This document shows, piece after piece, positions 11,655 through 24,761 of a stretch of DNA of 64,000 nucleotides. The translations under genes were made by a program, and so were the position numbers. Origin of the DNA: Octopus sinensis (Eukaryota). The stretch is from positions 107,012,001-107,076,000 of the forward strand of contig NC_042997.1 in the NCBI RefSeq assembly GCF_006345805.1, in the 5' to 3' direction. Each line of letters opens with the position of its first letter. Within the stretch, counting starts at the first letter, position 1. The notes beneath the pieces were generated by a model. It did no database searches and was not told where the DNA came from. It saw only the letters and a program-made list of their open reading frames with translations.

Positions 11655-14006
11655 TTGCGTAATCGAGTGTTGAACCAGATTCGATACGAAAAGTCAGCTA
11701 TTTGTTCAAATCTTCCCGAAACGCAGGAGCAGGAAGTAACCCACAACCGGCATATTCCAACAGATGACCATCAATGCTCAACATCAAATAGCCAAAAGAC
11801 AAAGAATGAAAAATGGTCTAGGGGAGATAATAATGAAGTTCTTATAGCCTTTTATCATGCCATATATTTCCCCACAAATAAATCTAATACTAAACAAACC
11901 TACTTAAACTGGAGACAGAAACACCTTGAAGTAAGATCCTACATAGACAGTAACAAACTTGCCAACATCAGAAGAAACATTATGAGAAAGAAATTAATAA
12001 TTGAATTAGAGATTGACCAAATTAAACAATCAGTAAGGGATAAAATGAACGAAGTTGCAGCTAAAGAAGATACTACAGAGAAAATAATTATAGACCAGCC
12101 CAGGGCTGATGTAAACGCAATAATGATTGAAAGGATTAATGTAGCTGATAATCAAAGTGAAATACTCTCTGAACCAACCATAAACACTAAGGCAGATGAA
12201 AATCAAATAGATGAAGAAAGTTACACAGAAATTGACCCAACAGAACTACATGATATAAAAAATCAAATCATGATTGAATGGTTGAAAAATAAAAAAACTA
12301 GTATGAATGAACACAACAATCTCCCAAAAATTTACAATTCTAACCAAAACCTGAAAATAATTGGTAAAATCTGCCTTGTACTTAAGGATATAATTTCAGC
12401 TAATGATGTTGATATTACAGATCTCAACCACCTGTACTATGCATCTGCAATTCTATGTGGTGAAAAGATTAGAAAACGACAACATTCCCACAAAAAGCCT
12501 GCTTGGCAAGAGCATATTCAACATCAAATTCAGCTACTTATGTCTGACATAGAATGTTTAAAAAAACCTTAAGTTTGACAAGACTATCAAACCAACAAAA
12601 ATCCGAAAATTAAAAAATATAATATGAAAACCATATTTGACATCGATACCATCATAAAAACCATCAAGCAAAAGGTATGTGCTAAAGCAAAGTATGAAAA
12701 GCACGTTAGATTCTTCAAGGACAACAACATGTTCAAAAATAGCTCCAAAAATTTGTACTGGAAGATAAGGAAAATACCAGTAAAGTCTGTTCTATCAAAA
12801 GAAGAAGTGCAGGAATTTTGGAATAAAATTTGGGCAGAAGAAAAAACACACAAAGAAAATACCCTTTGGATTGATAGAATATCTACATATTTAGACTCCT
12901 TAGAAGAGCAAAAGTGGGAGGGTATCAAGGTAGAGGATGTAAGATTTGCTCTCAGGAAGTCAAGCAAATGGAAGTCTCCAGGAAAGGATAAAATTCCTAA
13001 CTTCTGGCTGAATCCCTTCCCAGAGAGTCATGAACTGCTAACAAAACTTTACAACAATGTTTTGCAACAACCTAGTATGATTTCCTCTTGGCTAGTTAAT
13101 AGTGTAGCATTCCTACTTCCAAAAAATGAAGAAACAAATGGACCAAAAAATTATAGACACATTACCTGCTTAACAACAATGTATAAAATGCTGACATATG
13201 TCTATACCTATAGTTTAAGAGAAAGTGGCATATTCCCTAATGGTTGCAAAGATCAGCTGCTCATCAATAAGATGATCTTGGAAGATTGTCACAAATGACA
13301 CAAAAACTTGTGGATAGCCTGGATAGACTATAAAAAAGCTTTTGATAGTCTACCAAATAGCCGGATTAAGAAATGTCTGGAAATGTATAAAATAGCACCT
13401 ACTCTGTGAAACTTCTTGTCTGTAAGTATGAGATCATGGAGAACAACACTGACTTTGAACAGTGACAATGAATCTCTTAATGCTGTAGATGTAAGAATTT
13501 CATGTGGCATTTTCTAGGGGGACTCTCTATCACCACTCCTCTTTTGTCTAGCCTTAATATCTCTCTTGAAATTGCTCAGTGATGTACAGTACGGTTATAA
13601 AATGTTTGATAAAAATATAAATCATCTCATTTACATGGATGATCTAAAGCTTTTTGCAAAAAGTGACCAACAACTACAAAGCTTACTAGTGATTGTTAAA
13701 CAATTCAGCGATGACATCAGGATGCAATTTGGCCTCGATAAATGTGCAAAGGCTACCTTTATCAAAGGAAAAATGACAGAAACATCCAATGTTAATCTTG
13801 ACCAGCAGAGTGTGGAGAGCTACAAATACCTAGGGGTATGTGAAGGGGATGGAATCAAACATTCAGTGATGAGGGAAAGGATCAGAAGAGGATGTTATTG
13901 CAGAGTAAGGGCAATACTCAAGATAGAGCTGAATGCAAGAAACAGGATTGACGTGGTCAATACTTTAGCCATACCAGTCGTGACTTACAGTTTCAATATC
14001 ATTAAC
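11655..14006 (+). mobile_element. R4/Dong-clade non-LTR retrotransposon (N-terminal region + RT), 3'-truncated pseudogene
   Basis: ORF pieces with KWSxxDNxEVLIAFYHA, SPGKDKIPNFWL, GCKDQLLINK, AWIDYKKAFDS, GDSLSPLLF, HLIYMDDLKLFAK, YKYLGV. Stops and frameshifts present. Confidence 0.88.
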
Positions 14007-14056
14007 TGGTACTCAATTTATCAACCCTGAAAGGATGAAGGCAAAGTGGACCTCGG
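14007..14056 (-). mobile_element. SINE central-domain fragment truncating the Dong element
   Basis: Reverse complement CCGAGGTCCACTTTGCCTTCATCCTTTCAGGGTTGATAAATTGAGTACCA. Confidence 0.65.
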
Positions 14057-15019
14057 TAAGTGCGGCTGTTCTATATCAGTCGAAATAAATCACTGCACCC
14101 TACTATGGTATCAAGTCCTTTGTCTATCGCTCCTTAATACCAAGGCATGTCTGTTCTCTTCTATTTTTAATTCTATTTTCAAGTCTTCCAGTAAGGAAAG
14201 AGTTGGAATGTAGATGGGAAAAAAAATAGATGTTGAAATTGAGAAAAGTCTTGTACATATTTACTGTTGTGCTTACAGATTGTATATGTAATGTGCATGT
14301 TAGCTTACTGATTTCTCCATTTGAAAACCCCAGCTTTTCCAGACTCTCACCTAAGCACTTACGAACAAAACCAGGTGCACCAATTATGGTTGATATAAAG
14401 GTGAATTTATAATCTGGGTATAGAAGTTGAAAGTTTCGAAGTAGTTGACCATTATATAGTATAATTAACTGAAATTATTCGTGAAATTAGTTGGAAAAAA
14501 ATTTCTTTAGGTGCGTTTAAAATCTAGAAATAAATAAATAAATGAATAAATAGATAAATAAATAAAGAAAGAAGGAAAGAAATCTCAGTAATTAATTATA
14601 ATTTGCAGATGGAAGTATTAAAGGAACAAACATGTGTCCAATCTTATTAACACTCCTCAGAGCAGGCTATTACATTTAATTGGCAGGATCAAGATAGAGC
14701 AATGTAGATATACACACATTCAGACATACAAACATATGTACACACACACACACAAATAGAGTGTGTAATGATACTGATTTATGAATGCCAGCAATGTGAG
14801 TGAGGGTAAACACCTCAGGGGAAACTATTGCATTCTACATACAAGTACGGTAGGCTCACATATGTAATATAATAAACTGAAAAACATATATTACCTCAGA
14901 TTGTCTATAGAACTAGAGAAACGAACAAGGACAAACATGCATAATACACACAAGCACGCACAACTACATACAAATGTGCGCGCACATGTGCGTGTACACG
15001 CAGGCCTATGCCACCCACT

Positions 15020-15118
<99 letters not shown>

Positions 15119-15170
15119 AATATATGCATATATACATACATATAATTACATACCTACATATATATGTATA
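15020..15170. repeat. (CT)n-(TA)n compound microsatellite
   Basis: Directly visible. Confidence 0.95.
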
Positions 15171-15242
15171 TTCGCCATGGTAGATCGGTAGCCACTACAC
15201 ACATTTTATCTCTCCTTGTTTCTCTCGTTTCTTTCTGTGTTC

Positions 15243-15278
15243 CTTTCTGTTGAAGAGCGTAGGCTCGAAACGTTAAAG
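15243..15278 (+). ncRNA. Hammerhead-like motif of Penelope-like-element type (non-canonical core)
   Basis: CUUU-CUGUUGAA-GAGC-GUAG-GCUC-GAAAC-GUU-AAAG. Stem II is 4 bp, helix III is the palindrome ACGU, stem I is CUUU/AAAG. The core has A6U plus an extra A. Confidence 0.5.
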
Positions 15279-15547
15279 ACTTTTTTTCAATTCCCGAGCG
15301 TTATACTAATCCATCTGTTTGTTTTCTACCACAGATATATTTTAGATATATAAACAAGGCTAACTTAGCTATTTCTCCGTAGACTGTGGTCAACCTTAAT
15401 CGATTTTCGAATCTTATTGTTATCTCATCCAGGGCTATTATATACTCAACATTTCCAGTAGCTATCGAAAACTGGGGCTACTAATTTGGACAACCTAAGT
15501 GTTAACACTTAGATATTCCTCATAAAGTTTTTCTTCCCATAACTAAG

Positions 15548-16690
15548 TTGGAAGAAAAACTTTATGAGGAAGTAGAAAAAACTTTTGATCAGGAGTACAA
15601 GAAATATATCATTAAAAAGTGGCAACGCTCTCTTGATGATTGCTTCATCTTCTGGGACAGATCGAATGGAGTTCTAAGTATATTTAATAATATACTGAAC
15701 ACACTTCACCGATCCATCAAATTCACGACAGAATCCAGTTGCAATGAATTACCATTCCTGGATATCCACGTAAAAATACAGAAATCCACAGTCACAACAG
15801 ACATATTTTACAGAAAAACTGACACACACCAATATTTAAATTTCTACTCTTGCCATCAAAAGAGACATCCCATACAATATGGCGAGAGGCATCCGTGCTA
15901 TATTGACTGACCACAAAATACGTGAAATCTGATTAAAAGAACTCAAAGGCTTCCTCATAATGCAGAAATACCCCTTAGGATTAATTAATGAGGGAATTAA
16001 AAAGGCGATGAAACTGAACATCACCCAACGGCGGACACCTAAGGAAAAAGTTAATGAAAACACGATTCCGTTCACTAACACACACAATCCTGGAATAACC
16101 AACATCTTTCATGCTATAAAATGGAACTTACCTATTACTCCTACAACTCACCAAAATAAAAAAATCTGATTGAAAAAGAAAACACCTTACGGAATAGTAG
16201 TAGATGCCAACCGAAAAATCTTTAAGAACACTTTACATAGGGCAGTATTCAAATCAGAGTATGAATCAGAATTCTTAGTGAAAGAATGTGGAGAGAGGAG
16301 ATGTGGAACATGCAGCAACAGCGGCGGCAGCAGCAGCAGCAGCAGCAACAGCAACAACAACAACAACAACAACAACAACTTCAAATACTTAGAAAGTGGT
16401 CTCCACAAAATTCAAGAGAGGGTCCTTTTTCAAAATAAATGCAGATATGAACGCAAAACTTCATATACTGCATTACCTGCCCAAACTGCAAAGAAAATTA
16501 CATTGGCAAAACAAATAATTCCCTCCGCCGATGTGCAAGAATCCACAGGCAACATATCCGACAAGAAGAATTATGCAAGATTCCATTAAGTAAGCATCTG
16601 GAAATATGCAGCGATGGGAAAATTCAATAATTTTCCCTTTTACAAATGTGCACGGAATGATCCGCAATACTGAAAGGCAATACTGAAGGT
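15548..16690 (+). mobile_element. Penelope-like element fragment (RT C-terminal half + GIY-YIG endonuclease), pseudogenised
   Basis: WQRSLDDCFIFW, IKFTTE, LPFLDIHV, TDIFYRKTDTHQYLNFYSCH, CGERRCGTC; out-of-frame IYCITCPNCKENYIGKT. An (AGC)n(AAC)n tract lies at ~16320-16380. Confidence 0.85.
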
Positions 16691-16792
16691 AAAGCGAGAT
16701 CTCGAAAGCACGCCGAGGGTCAATGTAATCGACTTAACCCCTCTCCCGAAACTGCTGGCAAAAATTTGAAATCAATATGTTAGGAGTATTTA

Positions 16793-16982
16793 AGGTGACG
16801 AGCTGGCAGAATCGTTATCTCGCCGGGCAAAATGCTTCGTGGTATTTCGTTCGTCCTTACGTTCCGAGTTAAAATTCCGTCGAAGTTGATTTTACCTTTC
16901 ATCCTGACCACTGGAGTGGATGTGATTGACTTAACCCCTTCCCGAAATTGCTGGCTTTGTGCCAAAATTTGAAATCAATATA
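16793..16982 (+). mobile_element. tRNA-derived SINE with internal deletion; extra tail fragment at ~16720-16778
   Basis: Head AAGGTGACGAGCTGGCAGAATCGTTA, B-box-like GAGTTAAAATTCC, tail GCCAAAATTTGAAATCAAT. Confidence 0.8.
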
Positions 16983-17799
16983 TATCTGTATATTTATACA
17001 TGAATGTTCATCGCCTGAATATCCTCAGTCTTTATTTCTCTTTATTTTCATGTATATATGTATGTATATCTTATATATCTAGCCCAATCGGTTTTATTTG
17101 TATATTTGCATTATTATCTCCATATTCTGTTCACCTGGATTCCTCTTATAGCCATTCCTTACTCTGCGGACTTGGCCCTCGGTAAGATTTTAGAGTATAA
17201 GTTAAAATCATTTGAACACTATTGAATAATATTATTAAAGTCTCACATTGACAGAATACCTTGAAATTTTATAAGAGTCAAAATGAAGTAGTGGAGTTCA
17301 TAACGTTTTCCTTAATATTAACGATGTAAATTCATATTTTAAGTTGCCGACAAAATACTGCGTAAATTTTCCGCAAATCACCCTCTTATCGTCTTAGAAA
17401 AAAGTGTATTCCTTTGCGCACATTGCCAGAGAAAAAAGATGCGATCGTTACGGTTAGAATGCACTGGTCATCTGTCTAACTTACCTGGGAGTAAAGAAGA
17501 ACACCACAGCATATACCATAATGTCAGAAAATATTAATTTAATTTTTATTTTATTCGTAACAGAATTAAAAAGTACAAGATTCGAGTATTTTGTAATATT
17601 AGTGCATGTTAAATAGTTTCAATAGAAATTTGAAACAATAACGCACATATTTTGTACAAATGCTATCTCATGAAAAAAAGTATACGTTAAGCTATGAATT
17701 GTAAGGGACTTAACTGTTGTTAAATCCATAATAGCCTCCCTTGGATCGAATAGTAAATGCTTGAAAAAAGTTAACTCAGTACTAGGTTGTCTCCAATTC

Positions 17800-17918
17800 T
17801 CTCTTTCTCTCTCTCTCTCAGTCACACACCCATACATACATACAGACAGACAGACATACACACATACACACATACACACATACACACATACACACATACA
17901 CACATACACACACACACA

Positions 17919-17960
<42 letters not shown>
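17800..17960. repeat. (CT)n/(CA)n/(CATA)n microsatellite
   Basis: Directly visible. Confidence 0.95.
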
Positions 17961-18813
17961 GTACAAAAGCAACAGAAAATGATGAGTGTTCTCCAAATGC
18001 AATCCATTAGTCGCTCAGTGAAAATTTTTAAGACATTCCAATGATTCTCTGAGTTTTTTTAGGTGAACAGACGTATATACTTCTGTGTGTACATCAACAG
18101 CTCAACCAACACGCCCACTCAACCACATATGTACTAACACCGGGAAATCTCTTAACTCAAAATGTCTTCTTTCTTCGTTATTTATTTTTCCTATTACCTA
18201 AATATATTCGCAAATTTTAGTATTTAGTTCACTTTTTTTCTATTCCATGGCATTCACTTCTTTCCTCTTCCATTCACATCACTTCTGGTCTGATCCCTTT
18301 GCTCTCGTATTTGACTCTCACATTTTTGCAGCATAAAATAGGACGACAACCGGTGCACGGCTGCACTACACTGTACTAGCCTTGCATATTCTTGCTCTCT
18401 CTCCTTTTTGTATTGCTCAGGCACTGGCTTATCTTTGGAGTTTTCTGACCAAATGCCATTCAGAAAATAGAAAATTAATTCATTTTCAAGAAAAAAAATG
18501 ATAAAAACGTTTCATACTTTATCATGTGAGATTTGGCTGTTGCTTCTAGCAGGTGCAACCACAATTGAGGCTGTGTGACGATTGCAGGGAGGAGTGAAGC
18601 TAAAGGGTAAGAATCGTAATATTAAAAAAAAGCGAAATTTTTAGATGTCAAACGAAAAACTAATTAGTGATGAAGAGAAGTGTTCGATATTTATTGATAA
18701 TATATTATAAACACTTCGATCTATTATTTGCATTAAATCATATTTGGAATTCTTCACAAACTGCGCAGTAAAACAGATTTTATTTTGCATAAAAGAAAAT
18801 AATACAACGTAAA

Positions 18814-19040
18814 GTATACTAGCCATCTCAACATGGCTAACCACTAAGGGTGGGTGTTACTGTAGCTTTTAGCCCCAGGAGATCATTGTCTCCAGCTGGC
18901 TTTAGGCACACTTTCTGTGCCCTTATGGTATTTGCAAAGGGAGGTCATCCCTCTCTCGTCAACCTAAGTGATACGCACAGACTGCAGTTTCTGGGTATTT
19001 GCCTGTCTTCGACGTACGGCAATCACCGGTTTTCGATGAA
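18814..19040. repeat. Unclassified sequence hosting the Tx1-like target site (continues at 29821-29990)
   Basis: GTATACTAGCCATCTCAAYATGGCTAACCACTAAGGGTGGGTGTTAC occurs at 18814-18860 and again, split by an RTE, at 29967-30892. Target 16-mer at 19024-19039. Confidence 0.55.
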
Positions 19041-19380
19041 TTTATCTTTATTATGATCAAGTGATCTAACATAGAATTGGGACATTACAGAACAAAACAA
19101 TTACAAAAATGCTATGCAAATTCGAATGAAATTATAAAAATTACAAAAATAAAATTTTACGTAACTTGAACGAACACTTGGCTTACTTTGCCTTGAAACG
19201 AAACCTTGGCTTACTTTTGCCTTTATCACGAGAACTTTTAGTGCGTATGTTTTCTTTTTTTTTTATTATTTTTTTATTTTAAACAGTTATGTACAGTGAA
19301 AGGGAATGGGAGGTACCAGTTTCAATTTTGAACCCGGCAGTCTATAAATCCCAGCAGCTGATTTTTCCTTTCCTCGATGA

Positions 19381-22300
19381 TTAAGCTGGGTTACTCTCAC
19401 CCACCTTTCTCATCACATCCTTCCAACGTTCCATATACTCTTTCTGTGGCAGGCTCCTCTTCTCCAACCCCATCTTGCTCTTCAGATGATATCCGAAGTA
19501 TTTTAACAAACCGGGGCCAGAGATAAAGGACCCTTTCACTAGACCTTCCAATCTAGTTCTCCATACACATTCTTTCAATACTGCCACCGTACAGTAAAAA
19601 CAAGCCTTACCTTCCTTTGAGTGTCCAGTTGGCGGTATCATCTTAATCATAGATCCAGCCGACAGCTGTACTCGTCCCAGATGCGACAACACGTGTTCAA
19701 CGTAACTTATCAAGCCTGACAGCTCCCGTCATTGTACAAAAGCGTGTTGAACGGTTTCATCGTCCAACCCACATCTTGGACACGTCGGTGGCACTAACAT
19801 TCTGTGCCTGGATAACTTCTCGCGAACAGGTAATGCATTCCTATAGCACTGCCAGGTCAGGGATTTTTGGTAATTATCCAAATACCCTGACCTGAAAGTC
19901 TTCTTAAACAGGTTGGAGAGTTGATCCTCATCGAACCCCAGAGCCCCTCCTAGGACGTCGTCATTTTTTTCCTTCTACCAGCCCTTTATAGAACACCGAG
20001 GTGGTATTCCCGTTGCCGGCCTTGCCCATCTTGTGGATCAGCCAGAGTGCCTGTCGGCACTCCTTCTGCCATGAAGTCAGGTTACGTCCTTTAATGAGAC
20101 CGGGTGTAAATCCCTCCATAGAGGCCGGTCGCGGGAAGAATTCCTCTGCCAGCGAACTCCACACCTTATCATCCTCCAGGTAACACCAGAGGTGTCTCAG
20201 CCTCAACGCATGCTTGCGCATCATTAGCCAAGGCATCCCCAGTCCACCCTTTAGCGGTTCCTGGCAACACACGGAGCGCCTCACAAGTGGCTTTCCTCCT
20301 GTCCACAAAAAGCGGAAAAGGAGTCGTTCCAACTTGTTTAACCACGAATCGGGGCAAGGCACGACGGTCAGGCGGTAGGTGACGACAAAGGCTATAAACA
20401 TCTGTGCCACCTCCGCCCTCCCTTTCAAGGAAAGATGCCTTCCGGGCCACTTCCGTACTATGGCATCCACCTTGCTCGTTACCTCGCTCCAATTCTTCTC
20501 CGTCTGGGAGTCTGGACAAAACCAGACTCCGAGCAATTTAACGGGACCATCCGTCCAGTGTCCAACAACACTGGACGGTATCGGCTTGTTCCTCCAGGTG
20601 CCGAGGCGCAAACCGATGGACTTGTCCCTGTTAACTTTTGCCCCTGCCACCGCTTCGTATCTATGGAGAGCACCTGCTACCCGAGGTAGCTGTGTTTCGT
20701 TGGACACGATGAGGGTGACGTCATCCGCATAGGCAGAAACAGACTTACCGCAGCAATGGCTCAAGAGCCAAAACATACAGGAGCGGGGACAAGGGGCACC
20801 CTTGACGAACTGAACGCTTGATCGAAAACGGCTCCGTTAGGTAACCGTTTATCTGGACTGTGGACTTGATGCCGCTGTACATAGCTGAGATCCACCCGCA
20901 GAAGCCAGGGCCCAGCCCAGCCGCTTCGAGGACCGCCGCCAAGTACCGATGGTCTACCCTATCAAACGCTTTACTTTGGTCTTAATGGCCCAATGCCCCT
21001 CCTTTGCCGTCTAATTTCCCGACCCTATCTATAGTGTAGTGGAGAAGGTGAAGATTCTCCTGGATCGATCTGCCTGGGATTGCACATGTCTGTGCCTTCC
21101 CGACAAGTTTCTCCACGACAGCCGTCAACCTTTTTGCTAACACCTTGGCCAAAATCTTAAACTCTAGATTAAGTAGAGTTATGGGCCTGTAATTACTAAT
21201 ACTGTCCCCCTTGCTCGGGTCTTTCTGGACCAGCGTCACAACTCCGACTCACAGAGTTGGGAATCCTCCCATTCTGTTGCCAGTTTGCATAGACGCTTAC
21301 CAGTATGTCCCCGAACAAGTCCGGCATACAACAATAAAATTCATAGGGCAGATCATCCAGCCCCGGCGACTTTTCCCCGGCGCACTCGGCCATAACCCCT
21401 CTTACCTCCGCAGGAGAGATCGATCCTTCACAGCACTCCGCCTCACCAGCCGAGAGCCGAGGCCCACCAGCTAGGAAGTCCTTTAAGGTCTCCCCACGCT
21501 CGAGCGGACCACCGCCCCCAAACAGCCGTGCGAAATGCTGGTGAAGGACCTTCTGCATCTCCTCCTGTCCATAGATCTTGCGGTCCTGCTCGTCAGTTAA
21601 GGACATAATACAGGACTTTTTGCCCTTCTGACTCTCCTCACGACGGGCCCATCCGGCAACGTTAATACCTTCTCGTTTTCCTGCACATAACTTAGCTCTG
21701 ACTCTACACCCCTCGTGCTTGGCGTTGAGGTGACAGTACAATACCGCTCTCGCTGCCAACACTCCAGATGCACAGCCAGATTCCATAGCCTCGTCTAAGT
21801 TCTTAACTAATTCGCCCTCTATTCTAGTCCTATCTAAACTTAGCTGATTGCTAAATCTAATGGACTCCAAACGGATGGCTCTTTTGAGGGCGAGCCACCA
21901 TCTATTATTAATGATGGTGCCACATAATGCCCTCTGTACTAATTCCTTAATCCGGGTACGGAAAGCTTCACAAGTCAAAATAGACTTGTTCATTTTCCAG
22001 TACCCGGGACCTTGTCTATGGCATTTATCTACCTGTACCTCACACGTCACAAGTTTGTGATCCGTGTAAGGCACAACAGAGAATTGTGGACAGCTAACAC
22101 TATTCCTATCTCGTTCCTTAACAAATACTCTATCTATGTACGATCTGCGTGAGCCGTCGTTATTACTCCACGTCCACTGTGGAACGTTCGGCTCATCCAG
22201 TCGAAAACGGTCTACTAGATTAAAGCTCGCTAGTAGAGCCTTGAGGCCAGGATTCCCCTTCCTATCGCTCGAACCTACACTATCCACCCGCGCATCGAGA

Positions 22301-22725
22301 ATGGTGTTGAAATCCCCTACCAAGACTACCGTTTTGGACGTCACTAGAAAGTGCTCCAGTTCCCGAAAAAAACCGAACTGCCCACGTCCATTAGGAGCGT
22401 AGACAGCCACCAACCTGAAGGACTGCTTACTCACGTGCGTCACATCTAGGACAACCAGCCTACCTTCTGGGTCCAGAAAGACAGTACTTACCTGTAAGTC
22501 TAAGTTCTTCCTGAAAAGAACTGTCACGCCTGCACCTCCCTCTCGGCTAGGAGAAATAAATTTCTCGTAACCATTGAGAAGTGGTGAGAACGCTTGGGGT
22601 CCTTTCAACTTGGACTCGGTAACAATAGCTACATCGATTCTATGTGGAATGAGGTCGTCCCGAAAACAAGCATGTTTCCATTTCGACCCCATTCCACGCA
22701 CATTTATACAACCTAACTTAATCAT
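19381..22725 (-). pseudogene. Element A ORF2 (APE endonuclease + RT + C-terminal CCHC), frameshifted
   Basis: MIKLGCINVRG, LVAVYAP, VGDFNTILD, SYIDRVF, TDHK, PGYWKMN, NYRPITLLN, RQGCPLSPLLY, AYADDV, in several frames. Confidence 0.92.
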
Positions 22726-22739
22726 CGAAAAAAAGAAAA

Positions 22740-24243
22740 TTATTTACTCACGGTTGCGAGAGAGAGCCTGACAGATTCCTTCTGCCTGTCTTCCCCCCCA
22801 CTCGCCGTTGCTGCTGGGCGTTTCACCGGCGTTGCCACCGGGCTCTGGGTTGGTGTGGCTGCCGGGCTGACGTATAATTTCCCAGTTGTCACTTCCTGGG
22901 TGACATCCTTAATGAAGCCGGCTTTTACGAGGTCTTGTAAGTTTTTTCCTTTCCATCCTTCTTCGCCGACCCTTGCATATCGCCACTCCGCTTCCTTCTC
23001 GGTCGCTTTGTAGCCCTGATCAGCATACATGCTTGCACAAATTTTGCTACTCTCTCGTTCCTTGTGGTGTATGCTATAATTTTTTCATTGGGTTTAAACC
23101 CTTTTACAGTTGTGGGGTGGGATTTGTTAAAGTGCTGGCCTATAAATGTAGGACCGCCGGGGTGGGATTGGAGAATATTTTTAATTTGTTCGTCTGCGTT
23201 GTTTTTGGTTTTTTTTTTTGTTACAGGTGGGGAGTCAGGGGTGATGGATTTTTTCCTTTTGTTCGACACGTTCGTGAATTCCATATATTTGTTTTTGTTG
23301 TATTAATTTCCTCCTCCTTTCCTTTCTCATTTTGCATTTCGTTCTTGTCTTCCTCCTTTTTGGAGTTCGACCTGTTTTTTTTTTCCTCCTTGCTTTCGCC
23401 AGTCGTTACTTTGTTCTCCACTTTGCTGCTTTCTGCGTTCTTCACAGCGTTTTTTTTTGGGGGGGGGGGCGTTGCCTGTATTATTTTTCTTTGTGCAAAC
23501 GGAGCGAACGTGGCCCTTTTGCCCGCACTTAAAACATCTGGGCCTGCGTCCTTCCACCGAAACTCGTATGGAGTGCCCCTGTCTGGTAGGCTTTCCAGCG
23601 TCGCATTTTCCGCCTGAATAATCATCTCCAGCTGCTGGCCTCTCCAGTGTTTTGCAATTTTCCTCTTCATACTCAAAATTGTCAATTTTGATTCAACATC
23701 AAAAATGACCGCTGTTGCCGCCCACATCACGTCGTAGCCCCTTGGTATATCTTCTAGGGTCACTTTTGCTGTTCTGCACCCTAAATATAAGGGTAGTAGT
23801 ATTATATTCTCGTTTTTCAACGTTTGCGTCGAAATTTGCCTTGCTTCTTCCGCCGTCTCAAAATGCGCCTCCACTGTAGCGCTTCTTGCACCTCGGTTGA
23901 CATGACGAACTTTACTCCATATTGGTGCCATACACTTTTCGACCATTTCGTTTTTTACGTCGGTCATTCGTTTTTCTTTTATATTGTACACCTTGTAGGT
24001 GACCATTTTTTCCTTTATTGCCTGTATAGTTTCAGGGGGCGGTACCAACCGTGTTTCTTCACCACTTTTTTGCACCAGCGGTCTGAACTTGAATAGTCTT
24101 TCCATTGACACCTCCATTTCTTCCACTTCGCCACCTACGGCGTCTGAAAAACTGGGTTTTGCCTGTGTTTCCTTTTGTTTAACAGTTGTTATACCTTCTC
24201 CCATCTCGGGAAAGTCTTTTTTTGAACTTAAGTCTAATTCCAT
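22740..24243 (-). pseudogene. Element A ORF1 (RRM-like region + zinc knuckle), frameshifted
   Basis: MELDLSSKKDF...; VEGRRPRCFKCGQKGHVRSVC at 23327-23557; colinear with element B ORF1. Confidence 0.88.
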
Positions 24244-24761
24244 ATTAGACAACACAAACTTGTCACAAATGACAAGAGAATTTTTTTCAAAAATAACTTA
24301 TGCAGGTTAAGAGTTCACACAAAAAAAAACACACAGAAATTTTATACCCCGAAGGGCGAAAATTACTGGGTCAAAAACAGTTCAACAATTATATTACGTG
24401 TAACACAACAAAGTAGACAAACGGAAACGAACTCACACAACGATTTGCAGCAACAGAAAGATATTTGATATACTCCGAGGAAAATTTCAAAAAACACCGG
24501 TTTTCGATGATAATTCTTTATTATAATTATAAAATCAGTACATAGAAGAACAATACAGAACATACATACAAAAAACAGTTAAGTGGTTCGTTTAAAAATT
24601 TCCAAAATATATGGATTATTCATTATACAAAAAACTGTATATAAATTGTCCTTTGCATTGACTAATATAACATTACATTAGATTGAAATCTTACCGATAT
24701 ATTTTAAACCCCGGCAACCTATAAGGCCCCGCAGCTTTCCTTTCCTCTTCTCCATCCATAG

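Larger units (their letters stand above)
19040..24494 (-). mobile_element. Tx1-like (L1 clade) non-LTR retrotransposon, element A, near full length
   Basis: 5' UTR, ORF1 with CCHC knuckle, ORF2 APE-RT-CCHC, AATAAA at 19047-19052 (minus strand). Bounded by the repeated 16-mer at 19024-19039 and 24495-24510. Confidence 0.93.

Noticed and set aside
17470-17510. Strong minus-strand donor (CCCAG|GTAAGT) hinting at a host exon
   Set aside because: An isolated splice motif with no supportable exon or ORF.
14901-18044. Numerous short ORFs rich in YI/TH/CV/SL repeats (also at 5.9-6.2, 7.2-7.4 and 31.1-31.5 kb)
   Set aside because: Translations of microsatellites.
19024-19040. Tx1 target as snRNA/rRNA (U3-like CGAAAACC, 5.8S-like TCGATGAAG)
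   Set aside because: Matches are only 8-9 nt and the flanks do not continue the similarity.
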